DNA of 64,000 nucleotides from contig OZ220477.1 of the NCBI GenBank assembly GCA_965116015.1, positions 985,076-1,049,075 of the forward strand, read 5' to 3'. Source of the stretch: Dehalococcoidia bacterium. Its GTDB lineage: Bacteria; Chloroflexota; Dehalococcoidia; Lucifugimonadales; Australimonadaceae. The position numbers and the translations under genes are program-made. Each line of letters opens with the position of its first letter. Position 1 is the stretch's first letter. The notes beneath the pieces were generated by a model that did not search any database, was not told the DNA's origin, and saw only the letters and a program-made list of their open reading frames with translations. Positions 1 to 9,853 of the stretch are shown here, in pieces.

Positions 1-1335
1 AGCTTCCACGGCAATCCGCTCTTCCGCTAGGCAGCGCGCCTGCGCAAATTGCATGAAACGGTTGTCCAAGTACAGATACGACGGCTCTACCGACATATCG
101 TGATATTCCTTGAGCGAGTATCCGAATCTGTTGAATGTATCCGCAGGGCCAATAAGAACAAACGCGCCTGGTCCGCTACGGCCTATTCGCCCAATACGCT
201 GCCTGTATGACTTGCGAGACGGCGGCAGCCCTATGTTCAGCCCAACAGCCAGTCTAGGTATGTCGATTCCCAGTTCAAGGGCTGTGGTTGATACGACTCC
301 GCGTATCCTCCCTGTGCGCAGCTGCTCTTCGATCCGACGGCGATTCTCTGCAGCAAGACCCGCGCGGTATGGGGTGACTTTAGAGGCTTCAAGTTCCTTT
401 TGAATAGCAATAGCCAGGCTTTCTGCGCCTTGGCGAGAGTCTATGAATGTAATGAAAGATCCTTCTTTTCCTTCTGACAGCAGAAATTCCTGTATTGCTT
501 TTGCGATCTTAGTCTCGCCACCTTCAGGGGCTTCGATGTGTGCAATGATACGACCGTAGCTCGGCGCGCCGTCATCTGTATGATCAACGGCGGTGAAGCG
601 CGTCCCCACTAATTGCTCCATGTGCTCGCTTGGGCTTGCTATAGTAGCGGTTGCACCTATGTACTGAAGCGGTTGTCGGTTGCCAGACGCCGCAGTGATG
701 TGGTCGCGGGCTGCGGTTAGCCGTCTGCTGAAAAACGCAAAGCTGCTACCAAAGACTGCTTCGAGGGTATGAGCCTCGTCTATAACTACCAGCGACAGCG
801 CGCTGATGAACTTCTTTATGGCCGGCATCGACAGCCTCGACATCATCCATGCGTGGCATACATCTGGCGTCATGACCAAGATGCTTGACTGCCTCATTAT
901 TTCTTCCCGGTCCCCCGTTAAGACTGATCCGTCAATTTGCCCAACGACGCTTTCATTCATTCCTAGTTTACGAGCCATTTCCTTCCAGCTTCGTAGCTGA
1001 TCGGTAACAAGTGCTCTCAAAGGATAGAACACTATCGCTTTGCTGGTAGGCTCAAGCAAGACTCTATGGCAGACCGCAGATTGAAAGATCAAGCTCTTGC
1101 CAGAGGCTGTCCCTGAAGAAATTACGACATTCTCGCCTTGGCCTATCAAATCAAGCGCCTTAGCCTGGTGAGACCATAGACCCAAGGAGTGAGCCTTCTC
1201 CAAGTATGGCCCCACCGGAGAATCGAACAAGAAGCGCGGAATCTCTGCATATCGAGCTTCACGCGCCGGAATTTCAAAGCTCTCGCGGATTGTGAAGGCG
1301 GAATTCTGCAGCAGCTTCCTGAGGGCTTGATACAT
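1..1335 (-). CDS. DEAD/DEAH-box helicase, MrfA/YprA (DUF1998-associated)-like, runs off the left edge
   Basis: Not in the ORF track; translated by hand from ATG at 1335 (GGAG upstream): MYQALRKLL...LWSHQAKAL...SSGTASGKS (Walker A)...YPLRALVTDQ...VVIDEAH...ATAT...STTALELGIDI...QRIGRIGR. Visibly lower GC than the neighbours. Confidence 0.85.
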   Translation of the reverse strand, partial: MYQALRKLLQNSAFTIRESFEIPAREARYAEIPRFLFDSPVGPYLEKAHSLGLWSHQAKALDLIGQGENVVISSGTASGKSLIFQSAVCHRVLLEPTSKAIVFYPLRALVTDQLRSWKEMARKLGMNESVVGQIDGSVLTGDREEIMRQSSILVMTPDVCHAWMMSRLSMPAIKKFISALSLVVIDEAHTLEAVFGSSFAFFSRRLTAARDHITAASGNRQPLQYIGATATIASPSEHMEQLVGTRFTAVDHTDDGAPSYGRIIAHIEAPEGGETKIAKAIQEFLLSEGKEGSFITFIDSRQGAESLAIAIQKELEASKVTPYRAGLAAENRRRIEEQLRTGRIRGVVSTTALELGIDIPRLAVGLNIGLPPSRKSYRQRIGRIGRSGPGAFVLIGPADTFNRFGYSLKEYHDMSVEPSYLYLDNRFMQFAQARCLAEERIAVEA

Positions 1336-1400
1336 CTTCTTCGGCTCCTTCCTGCACTTGATAAGGACTACTATCCTACCAGTCCCCCTCCCCTGCCCGC

Positions 1401-2876
1401 CTAGCCGTTGGCGCTGGCGCGGCGGATGTCCTTGCGGACTTTGCCGTCGGCGGTGAAGAGTTGCGGCCAGCGGGCTCGGAGCTCCTGAGCCTCCGCCTGC
1501 GTTTTGCGAGCGACAGGCGGGAATGTGCCGAGCCGGTCGTATGGCCGGCACGCGTCGATGATCATTCGGTTGTTGTAGTAACGCGGACCCTCGCCAGCAT
1601 AGGCCATAGGGTCGAGCGAGGTGCTCCACATACGCTTGACAATGTCGATGTCCTCGGTCACCTCGGTGCGGGTGCAGAGCGCCCATAGCACTTCGTTCGT
1701 GTCGGTGGGGTCGATGTCGTCGTCGACCACTATTACGAACCGGTTGGCGTACGCGCCGGCATGGACGGCGGTCGTGGCGTGGCCGACCTGTTTGGCGTGG
1801 CCGGGGTACATCTGCTTGATGGCGATGACGTTGAGGAAGCGTCCGCCGCCGGCTTCGTGGGACCATGCGCCGACGACGCCGGGGACGCCTGCGCGCTCGA
1901 GCTCGTCCCACAGCATCGCGGCGCGGAGGGGGCTGCGGAAGTAGGTGTTGTCGTTAGGGGGTTTGCCGGGAAGGCAGCCGACGACGATAGGGTCGTTGCG
2001 CCAGAGGACGGAGCGCACGTTGATGATGGGCATCTCGCGTTCGCCGCTGGCGTAATAGCCGGTCCATTCGCCGAACGGGCCTTCGGGGTGGAATTGGTCG
2101 GGGGGAATCTCGCCTTCGATGACGATCTCAGCTGTTGCGGGCACGGGGAGGCCGGTGTGAGGGGCGGAGACGACATCGAGAGCGTCGCCGCGGATGCCTC
2201 CGGCGACGGCGAATTCGTCTTCGCCGTAATCGACCTCCAGGCCGCCGAGAAGCAGGAGGAGGGGGTCGTGGCCGAAGGATACGGCGACAGGGCATGCCTG
2301 TCCCTTGGCCCAGTACTTCTCGCGGATGATGCGGCCGTGCTTGCCGGGAGAGATCATGATGCCGAGGGTGTTTCTGTCGTGCGCCTGCACGCGGTAGGTT
2401 CCAGCGTTGACCCATCCAGTGTCGGGATCGCGCATCACGACGATGTTGCCGGTGCCGAGGTAGTTTCCGCCGTCTTCGGAGTGCCAGAAGGGGGCGGGGA
2501 ATTGGGCGATGTCGACGTCGTCGCCTGTTTGCCGGTTTTCGAGCACGGGGCCGTCCTCGACCTGGCGCGGGGGAACGGGCTGAAACGTTTTGAGCTTGTC
2601 GCGCCACGCCTGCACGAATTGCTGGCGGGTGAGATGCGTGGGCAAGCCGAGGCTGAGACAGACTCGGGGCAACGAGGTAAGGACGTTGGCGATGAGCTTG
2701 TAGTTGTCTGGCAGGCCTTTGATTTTCTCGAAGAGGAGCGCGGGGTTCTCCATCTCCCATTGGTAGAGGTCGACGAGGCCTCCGATCTCCAGGTCTGGGT
2801 CGGCGCCCTCGACGCGGGTGAGCTCGCCGATCTCGTCCACAAGTCCAATCCACTCTCTAAGGTCGCGTACTGGCAT
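1401..2876 (-). CDS. UbiD-family (prFMN-dependent) decarboxylase
   Basis: DLREWI N-terminus, NAGTYR, AEIVIEG, EGPFGEWTGYY and VVDDDIDP motifs. Confidence 0.9.
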   Translation of the reverse strand: MPVRDLREWIGLVDEIGELTRVEGADPDLEIGGLVDLYQWEMENPALLFEKIKGLPDNYKLIANVLTSLPRVCLSLGLPTHLTRQQFVQAWRDKLKTFQPVPPRQVEDGPVLENRQTGDDVDIAQFPAPFWHSEDGGNYLGTGNIVVMRDPDTGWVNAGTYRVQAHDRNTLGIMISPGKHGRIIREKYWAKGQACPVAVSFGHDPLLLLLGGLEVDYGEDEFAVAGGIRGDALDVVSAPHTGLPVPATAEIVIEGEIPPDQFHPEGPFGEWTGYYASGEREMPIINVRSVLWRNDPIVVGCLPGKPPNDNTYFRSPLRAAMLWDELERAGVPGVVGAWSHEAGGGRFLNVIAIKQMYPGHAKQVGHATTAVHAGAYANRFVIVVDDDIDPTDTNEVLWALCTRTEVTEDIDIVKRMWSTSLDPMAYAGEGPRYYNNRMIIDACRPYDRLGTFPPVARKTQAEAQELRARWPQLFTADGKVRKDIRRASANG

Positions 2877-2954
2877 TCCGGTCTCCTTTGCAGGCGCAAG
2901 CGCGGCGCGATTGTACTCGATGCGCGCGGGAGAGATTCGGGGCGAAGGAGCGGG

Positions 2955-3377
2955 TTAGAGGAGGGAGTCGCTGTCGAGCAGCGTTCGCGCGAGGTCGTCG
3001 TTGTCGGTTGTTACGGCGGCGACGGCGGATCCGGCGTGGCGGTGGATGATGTGGGTAGTGCGCACGTTGAGTCCGGCCTGCTCCAAACGCTGCACGACGC
3101 TGGCGAGGGCTCCGGGGCGGTCGAGGAGGTGGAACACGATGGCGTCGGAGGTTACGGCGCGAAGGTTGGCTTTGAGGAGCGCGTGGAGCGCTGCGTCGTC
3201 GTCGCTCGTGCTTAGCGTGATGACGCCGAGCTCTCCCGCGAGTTGCCCGTCGATAGCTTCGATGCTGATGCTCTCTTCAGCGAGGAGGCCGGCGACGTAG
3301 GCAAGCTGATCCGGCTCATGCGGCGCGATGACGATGAGGCGGTGGCTGGGATTGTTGTCGCTGGCGGGCTGGCTCAT
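2955..3377 (-). CDS. tandem ACT-domain protein
   Basis: Two ACT-like repeats (HEPDQLAYVAGLL..ISIEAI; DRPGALASVVQRLEQAGLNV); 4-nt overlap with the upstream decarboxylase. Confidence 0.75.
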   Translation of the reverse strand: MSQPASDNNPSHRLIVIAPHEPDQLAYVAGLLAEESISIEAIDGQLAGELGVITLSTSDDDAALHALLKANLRAVTSDAIVFHLLDRPGALASVVQRLEQAGLNVRTTHIIHRHAGSAVAAVTTDNDDLARTLLDSDSLL

Positions 3378-4552
3378 TGCTTAGTTGGAGGCCATTCGAG
3401 GCAGTCGGCGACGATGTCGTCGATCATCTTGCGGGTTACGTGGGGCATCGTGATGAGGTGGGCAAAGTCGCCAAGCGGGGCGAGCTGCCATAGGAAGAGG
3501 ACGTAGGGAGAGGGGCGGGGGATGATGACGGTGGGGCTGTTCTTGCCTCGCCAGGCGGGGATGCCGTTGGCGTTGAACTGTTGCACGGCGTACTCGGCCG
3601 TGTCGAGCATATTCGCAACGACTTTGCGGAAGCCGTCGTTCCCATGCTTGGTAAGGGAGCACCAGAGGATGACGGGGGCAATTGCGCTTCGGGAGCCGAG
3701 GAGAGTGGTGTCGAGAGCGCCGACGTATTCGATGGCGCGGCCTATCTGCGCGGTGTGCTCGCGTTTCGTCACGACGACGCCGCAAGGCACGGGAGAGCCG
3801 AACATTTTGTGGCCGGAGACGGCGGCGCTGTCGATGCCGCTGTCGAAGCCGAACGGTTGGGGGTCGTCGACGAAGGGCAGGATCATGCCGCTAAGGGCCT
3901 CGTCGGCGTGGATGTAGTAGCGGGTGAGCGCGAGGTCGTCGATGATGCCGCGGATGCGGTCGAGGTTGTCGACGGCGCCCTTCATCGTTGTGCCGATGTT
4001 GGCGATGATGAGGGCGGGAGCGTCGCGGTTGATGCGGATCGACTCGCGGAGGTCGTCGTAGTCGATCTCGCCGTTCTCCTGGCTGCGGATCATGATGTTG
4101 CGGATATTCAGGATGTGGAGAATCTTGAGCACCGAGTAGTGGGTGTCTTGAGAGAAGTAGGCGATGGGTTCGTGGAGCATCTCTCTACCCACGTAGATGC
4201 CGTACATATTGCCTTCGGTGCCGCCGGCGGTGACGTAGCCCCAAGCGTTGTCGGGGGACAGGCGAAGGAGTTCGGCGACCGCGCGCACGACTTCGCGCTC
4301 GGTTTCGTGCGTGTTGGCCTGGTAGCGGGAGTAGCCGAACGGGTCGCCCACGTTGTTTGCGGCGAAAGTGAGGAGCGGGTAGAGCGCGGAGTAGTCGAAA
4401 TCCTGGTTTACGGGGTAGCCGGCGGAGAACGGGCCAACGAGCTGGAACTCGGAGAGCACTTGGCGGATGCGAGCGTCTAGTTCAGTTTGGCTCATAACGT
4501 CCCCAAGGAGTTGACAGGCCTCATCATAGTGAGCCCGCAGGAGGCTAGTCAA
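3374..4552 (-). CDS. hdc: PLP-dependent histidine decarboxylase-like (group II) enzyme
   Basis: GYPVNQDFDY, NNVGDPF, WGYVTAGGTEGNMYG, THYSV, HAD.ALSG, SGHKMFGSPVPCG (PLP lysine), H.ITMPH; substrate could also be serine. Confidence 0.8.
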   Translation of the reverse strand: MTSLLRAHYDEACQLLGDVMSQTELDARIRQVLSEFQLVGPFSAGYPVNQDFDYSALYPLLTFAANNVGDPFGYSRYQANTHETEREVVRAVAELLRLSPDNAWGYVTAGGTEGNMYGIYVGREMLHEPIAYFSQDTHYSVLKILHILNIRNIMIRSQENGEIDYDDLRESIRINRDAPALIIANIGTTMKGAVDNLDRIRGIIDDLALTRYYIHADEALSGMILPFVDDPQPFGFDSGIDSAAVSGHKMFGSPVPCGVVVTKREHTAQIGRAIEYVGALDTTLLGSRSAIAPVILWCSLTKHGNDGFRKVVANMLDTAEYAVQQFNANGIPAWRGKNSPTVIIPRPSPYVLFLWQLAPLGDFAHLITMPHVTRKMIDDIVADCLEWPPTKQ

Positions 4553-4609
4553 ACCGCGAGGCGGGACACGGAATCGGTTCCGCTGAGGCTGCGCCGTGTC
4601 CGGTCGCCA

Positions 4610-5056
4610 TCATCCTCCCAACGCGTTCATGAGACGGCGGCTGAATTCGGCGCGCGTCTCTTCGATCTTGCGCTTGACGGCGGAGCCGCCCAAAGCGGCG
4701 AGCTTGCCGTAGAGGTTGAAGTCCATCAGGTAGTCGACCTGCGTTCCTCCGGAGGGAGTCTCCGCAATCTCGGTGGAGAGGCGCTTTATCTGCAAGCGGT
4801 TTCCTGCGCGGTCTTGCCCTTCGCCAGAGAGAACGATGCGGCGACCCTCTTCGACCTCGGCGACGGTCATTCTGACGTCCATGCTTACTTTGAACGGCCC
4901 TACCCGCTGGGCCATTCGGAGCTGATAGGCGGTGTCGCTAAGTTTGGCGATGCTCTCGCATCCCGGAAGACACTCGGCGACGCGCGATATGTCCCAGAAG
5001 AAGCTCCAGGCCTCGGCGGGAGGCGCGTTAACTGCGAATCTGTCGGCAATTTCCAT
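4610..5056 (-). CDS. CoxG/SRPBCC family protein
   Basis: VNAPPAEAWSFFWD..RVAECLPGCE, GKLAALG; last gene of a cox-like operon. Confidence 0.85.
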   Translation of the reverse strand: MEIADRFAVNAPPAEAWSFFWDISRVAECLPGCESIAKLSDTAYQLRMAQRVGPFKVSMDVRMTVAEVEEGRRIVLSGEGQDRAGNRLQIKRLSTEIAETPSGGTQVDYLMDFNLYGKLAALGGSAVKRKIEETRAEFSRRLMNALGG

Positions 5057-5062
5057 TAGCTG

Positions 5063-5524
5063 TCAGCTGTCGCCTTTGACCAGGGATTCGATCGACCGCA
5101 GTATGCCTGCATAGCCTGTGCAGCGGCAGATGTTGCCGCCCATATAGCGGATGATTTCTTCGCGGGAGGGGTTGGGGTTTTCGTCGAGGAGGGCCTTCGC
5201 GAGCAGAATCATCCCCGGGGTGCAGTAGCCGCACTGCAATCCGAAGTTGTCGACGAACGCCTGCTGGATGGGATGAAGTCCGCCGGCGGGGGTGATGCCC
5301 TCGATCGTGACGACGTCCCGCCCCTCGACTTGCCCGACGAGGAGGCTGCAGGAGCTAGCGGCGCGCCCGTCGAGCAGGACGGCGCAGGCGCCGCAGATGC
5401 CGCTGTGGCAGTAGTCTTTCGCGCCTTTCAGCCCGAGGTGGTTGCGCAGAGCGTCGAGGAGCGTGGAGGCTGGGGGAACGTCGATGCTCTGGGGAGCGCC
5501 GTTGACTGTGAGGTTGACGCGCAC
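5063..5524 (-). CDS. CoxS-like [2Fe-2S] subunit of Mo-hydroxylase
   Basis: CHSGICGAC, QCGYCTPG and NICRCTGY cysteine motifs. Confidence 0.92.
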   Translation of the reverse strand: MRVNLTVNGAPQSIDVPPASTLLDALRNHLGLKGAKDYCHSGICGACAVLLDGRAASSCSLLVGQVEGRDVVTIEGITPAGGLHPIQQAFVDNFGLQCGYCTPGMILLAKALLDENPNPSREEIIRYMGGNICRCTGYAGILRSIESLVKGDS

Positions 5525-5527
5525 GGA

Positions 5528-7864
5528 TTACTTCTCCGCCTCGCCCTTTGCCGCAGCTGTTGCATCGAGGGCCGCGAGAATCTTGTGGGGAAGGAGGGGC
5601 ACTTCGTGGAAGAGCGTTCCTGTTGCGTCGTAGACAGCGTTCAGGACAGCGCCGGGAACGACGACGGCGCCGATTTCGCCCATTCCCTTGGCGCCGAAGG
5701 GGCCGCCCTCGAACGGGTGGTCGACGAGGCAGGGAGCGTAGGCGGGCATCGTTTCCATAGTGGGCAGGGGATAGTCGAAGAGGGCGCTGTTGACGAGCTG
5801 CCCGCCATCGTCCCACACCATCTGCTCGAAGAGCGTGGGGCCTATCTCCTGCCCTACCCCGCCCTCGAGCTGGGTCTCGATGGAGAGGGGGTTGACGGCA
5901 GTTCCGGTAGTGGCGGCGGCAGCGGCCTTGACGACGCGGATATGGCCTGTCTCGGCGTCAATCTCGACCTCAACCGCGCAGGATGCGAACGTCCAGAATG
6001 TGGACGCGATCGGGTAATCGGCGCCGTCGGGAGCGCGGTACGAGCCGCCGACGACGCATTCGCCAGTTGCGGCGATGGGCGCGCCGACGCGCTGAGCGAG
6101 CTCGGGGAGGCTGATGAGGGGAGCGCCGCCGCTCGATGCGGAGACGCCGTCGCCGGCAAGCTCGAGGGAATCGGCGTCGCGCTCGAGCAGTTGCGATGCG
6201 GCCTCGATAATCTGGCTCCGCGCTCTGCCGGCGGCTTCGACCACGGCGACGCCCATATGGTAGGTAGAGCGGCTTGCGGTCGTGGAGCTGTCGACGGGGA
6301 CGCGGTCGGTGTCGCTGTGGACGATGCGGATTGATTCAAGGCCGACGCCAAGCGCGTCGCCCGCCAGCTGCGCCATTGTTGTATCCGAGCCTTGCCCGAT
6401 GTTCACCGTGCCGATGCGCGTCTCGAATACGCCGTCTTCACCGAGGACGACTTCGGCGGAGTTTTCGGACATCTGGCGTGGAGGCGTGAGGGTGTATTTG
6501 ATCGTGCAGGACACGCCGCGTCCGCGCAGGATCTTGCCGTCGGGCGAGGAGGCGAGCGGCGTGTCCCATCCGATAGCGGCGGCGGCCTTGTCGAGGCATT
6601 CGCGGGCATGGGCTGAGCGGAGATAGTCGCCGGTGATGTGGATGTCGCCGTCGCGAACGAGGTTCTTGCGGCGAATCTCGAGGCGGTCGATGCCGAGGTC
6701 GCGGGCGATGCGGTCGAGCTGCGCCTCGTAGGACATCGTGTGCTGCGTAGTGGGCAGGCCTCGGTACGGGGCTGACGGCGGCTTATTGGTGTAGACGGCG
6801 TAGCAGTCGACGCGAGCGTGGGGGATTTTGTAAGGGCCGGTAGCGACTTTGAGCGTGTTGTTGGCACTGCGGGCGCCGCTGATGGCGTAGGCGCCGACAT
6901 CGACGGAGAAGGAGTTGCGTCGGGCGACGATGGTTCCGTCGCGCATCACGCCGGTCTTCATTCGGTTCGCGTAGGCGGGCCTGAGGTACGTTTGGAACGT
7001 CTCTTCCTGGGTGAACACGTAGCGAACGGGGCGTCCCGCCAGTTTCGCCGCCGCGGTGATCACGCACTCGATGCGGTCGCGGCTCTTGCTTCCGAACCCG
7101 CCGCCGACGTAGGGGACGATGACGCGCGCGGGCATTCCGAACATCCGCTCGAGCTCGCGGCTGAGCGGAAACGGCGACTGGCAATTCGTCCAGACCGTGA
7201 TCCTGCCGCCGTCGACCTGCGAGATGACTGCGTGGAGATCGAGCGCGCAGTGCTGCACGGGGGGAGCCGAGAATTCGTCCTCGTACACGAAATCCGCCTC
7301 GGCGAAGCCTTGCTCTACGTCGCCTCGCGCGAGCGTGGCCTGGTGGCAGATGTTCGTGCCCGCAACAGGACGAAGCTCCGGGGCGATAGGGAAGAACTCG
7401 TCGTGCACGCGAGGAGCGCCCTCGGCCAGCGCGGACGCAACGTCCAGCGCCGCCGGCAATTCGATGTACTCGACATCGACAAGCTCCGCTCCCTCCTCGG
7501 CTGTTGCGATGTCCTCCGCCACGACAACTGCGATGATGTCGCCGTGGTGACGCGCCTTGTCCATCGCCACAAGGGGGGCGTCGCGGTAGACGAACCCGTA
7601 GAAATCCTCCATATCCGGATCGGCGCGCACCTCGTCGCGTGTGAGGACGCAGACGACGCCAGGCAGGGCGCGGGCAGCCGAGGCGTCGATGCGCTCGATG
7701 CGAGCGTGGGGGAAGGGGCTGCGCACGATCTTGGCGTGGGCCATGCCAGGCACGACGAGGTCGCCCATATATTCGACACGCCCGGCCGCCTTGTCAGCGG
7801 CCTCGAGGGTCGGCATCGATTGACCGACGAGGCGTGTTACGCGGTCGCTCGTTGCAGCGCACAT
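5528..7864 (-). CDS. xanthine dehydrogenase-family molybdopterin large subunit (CoxL-like)
   Basis: RSPFPHARI, YVGGGFGSK, GQGSDT, GPFGAKGMGE; active-site loop APYRGLP. Start uncertain (ATG 7864 or 7816, rather than 7912). Confidence 0.88.
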   Translation of the reverse strand: MCAATSDRVTRLVGQSMPTLEAADKAAGRVEYMGDLVVPGMAHAKIVRSPFPHARIERIDASAARALPGVVCVLTRDEVRADPDMEDFYGFVYRDAPLVAMDKARHHGDIIAVVVAEDIATAEEGAELVDVEYIELPAALDVASALAEGAPRVHDEFFPIAPELRPVAGTNICHQATLARGDVEQGFAEADFVYEDEFSAPPVQHCALDLHAVISQVDGGRITVWTNCQSPFPLSRELERMFGMPARVIVPYVGGGFGSKSRDRIECVITAAAKLAGRPVRYVFTQEETFQTYLRPAYANRMKTGVMRDGTIVARRNSFSVDVGAYAISGARSANNTLKVATGPYKIPHARVDCYAVYTNKPPSAPYRGLPTTQHTMSYEAQLDRIARDLGIDRLEIRRKNLVRDGDIHITGDYLRSAHARECLDKAAAAIGWDTPLASSPDGKILRGRGVSCTIKYTLTPPRQMSENSAEVVLGEDGVFETRIGTVNIGQGSDTTMAQLAGDALGVGLESIRIVHSDTDRVPVDSSTTASRSTYHMGVAVVEAAGRARSQIIEAASQLLERDADSLELAGDGVSASSGGAPLISLPELAQRVGAPIAATGECVVGGSYRAPDGADYPIASTFWTFASCAVEVEIDAETGHIRVVKAAAAATTGTAVNPLSIETQLEGGVGQEIGPTLFEQMVWDDGGQLVNSALFDYPLPTMETMPAYAPCLVDHPFEGGPFGAKGMGEIGAVVVPGAVLNAVYDATGTLFHEVPLLPHKILAALDATAAAKGEAEK

Positions 7865-8715
7865 AGCAAAGCTCGCTCCACCAGCGTTTTCATCACCCTG
7901 CGCTTGTACCACGCCGGGCCCCGCACGTCATCTATGGGGTCGGTCTCTTCTGCCGCGGACGCGGCGACCTCGGCGACGCGCGAGGGCGACGGAGCCTCTC
8001 CCGCCAGCCCGCGCCCTGCCTGCGCGACGATGGGCACAGGCCCGGCGGCTCCCATCACGATGCGGGCTGACGAGCACACGCCCGATGACGGATCAACGGT
8101 CGCCAGGACGGACGCATTAGCGACTGGTTTGTTCTCCGGAGAGCCTATGGCGAATTTCATGTGGCAGCCTCCCGCGCCCGGGCCTGGATGCGGCACATCG
8201 AGGCCAACCACCAACTCGCCGGGCTCTAGCGCCGTTTCATAGGGGCCGAGGTAGAAGTCCTCGAGAGCCGACGCGCGGCTGCCCGACGGCCCCGCGATAC
8301 GCACCGTGGCTCCGTAGGCGATGAGCGCCGCAGGCGTGTCCGTCTGTGGTTCGCCGTAGGCGACAGCGCCGCCGACCGTCGCGACGTTCCTCACTCGCAC
8401 GTTGGCGACTTGCGAGGCGGCCTCCGCAAGCAGGCCGTACTCCCGGCGCACGCCCTCGTTTAACTCGAGTGCGCGGATGCGCGTGAGCGCGCCGATGCGC
8501 AGCTCTCCGTTCTGCTCGAGGCCGTTCCGCTCGAGGCCGGTTAGTTCTTCAATGGCGCCGATGTCGACGACGTACTCGGGGCGCACGACGCCGAGCTCCA
8601 GCATCACGACGGCGGCGCTGCCGCCGCCCAGCACGAGCGACGCGTCGGCGTTTTCAGCCAGGAACGCGGTCGCTTCCGCAATCGTAGCGGGGCGCACGTA
8701 TTCGAACGGCTGCAT
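7837..8715 (-). CDS. CoxM-like FAD-binding subunit
   Basis: MQPFEYVRPAT, LGGGS, VRNVATVGG, DDVRGPAWYKR. Confidence 0.9.
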   Translation of the reverse strand: MQPFEYVRPATIAEATAFLAENADASLVLGGGSAAVVMLELGVVRPEYVVDIGAIEELTGLERNGLEQNGELRIGALTRIRALELNEGVRREYGLLAEAASQVANVRVRNVATVGGAVAYGEPQTDTPAALIAYGATVRIAGPSGSRASALEDFYLGPYETALEPGELVVGLDVPHPGPGAGGCHMKFAIGSPENKPVANASVLATVDPSSGVCSSARIVMGAAGPVPIVAQAGRGLAGEAPSPSRVAEVAASAAEETDPIDDVRGPAWYKRRVMKTLVERALLCALQRATA

Positions 8716-8719
8716 ACTG

Positions 8720-9718
8720 CTAGCGAGCCTTCCGGATAACGTCCTCGGCGAAACCGAAGAGGTACTCCTTGCGGGCCTCGAGCGTCGCGGGCAGGTTGTA
8801 GAAGGTCACGCCCACGTAGTCCACGCCCGCCTCGGCCAGCTGACCGAACTGTTCGAGGCAGTCGTCGCCGTTGCCAGCAGCCGCCCAGTCGTCGATTCTG
8901 GAATCGCTCTCGATGTTGATCCGCACCATTGTGTCTTCCTGCATATTCCAGGCGCTGTACATCCGGTAGGAGGACTGCGCCGCGGCTTGGGCTTCGGCGA
9001 TAGCGGAGTCGCGGTCTTTCGCGAACGCCACGCCCCGCGAGATTGTTACACGTCCGGCGTCATTGCGGCCGGCAGCGGCGCGCTCGTTGCGGTAGAGGTC
9101 AACGAGCCTCTGGATGTTGCCGAAGCCGACTTGCGGCGCGATGTAGCAGGCGTCGGCGATGCGGGCGGCGCGGCGCACTGCGCCGTCGCTCTGGCAAGCG
9201 ATCCAGATGGGGGGGTGCGGCTGCTGCACGGGGAGGAATCCCATCCGGGCGCCGTGGATAGTCCAGTAGCGGCCTTCGTGGTCGACTTCCTCGCCAGACC
9301 AGAGGCGTTTCATCAGCGCGATCGATTCGGCGAGGCGCGGAGCGCGGTCCTTGCGGGTTGCGCCGACGGCTTCGAGTTCGGTTTCCCGGTATCCGATGCC
9401 GACGCCCAGCGTGAAGCGTCCGTGGCAGATGTGATCGAGGGTTGCCGTGTCTTCGGCGATCTGGACAGGGTTGTGGAGCGGCAGCAGGACGATGCCGGTG
9501 AGCAGGCGCATCGTTCCGGTTTCGGGAGCGAGGCGAGAGAGAACTTGAAAGGGCTGAGGCCAGATTGTGGGATGCGACACCCAGTGCTGGGGCATTGTGA
9601 CGGCGGAGAAGCCGCTGTCGCGGGCGACATGGCATATCTCCACGAGGTCGTCGAGTTGCTCATACAGGGGGCGAGTTCGGTCGGTCAGGAAAGAACGCAG
9701 GTAGAGGCCGAATTGCAT
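8720..9718 (-). CDS. LLM-class flavin-dependent oxidoreductase
   Basis: LLPLHNPVQIAEDTATLD, GRFTLGVGIGYRETE, PVQQPHPPIWIA. Confidence 0.9.
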   Translation of the reverse strand: MQFGLYLRSFLTDRTRPLYEQLDDLVEICHVARDSGFSAVTMPQHWVSHPTIWPQPFQVLSRLAPETGTMRLLTGIVLLPLHNPVQIAEDTATLDHICHGRFTLGVGIGYRETELEAVGATRKDRAPRLAESIALMKRLWSGEEVDHEGRYWTIHGARMGFLPVQQPHPPIWIACQSDGAVRRAARIADACYIAPQVGFGNIQRLVDLYRNERAAAGRNDAGRVTISRGVAFAKDRDSAIAEAQAAAQSSYRMYSAWNMQEDTMVRINIESDSRIDDWAAAGNGDDCLEQFGQLAEAGVDYVGVTFYNLPATLEARKEYLFGFAEDVIRKAR

Positions 9719-9853
9719 AGCGATTCCGTCGCATTAAGGTCGGAAGAGAGCCTACCAGAGAGGGAGAGCGCCTGCCATCGCCAGATCTCTCGCCTTGCCC
9801 TGGCAGGCGCCTCGCAGCCATCCGCCTTGACTGCGGGACGCGTTCACTCCAGG

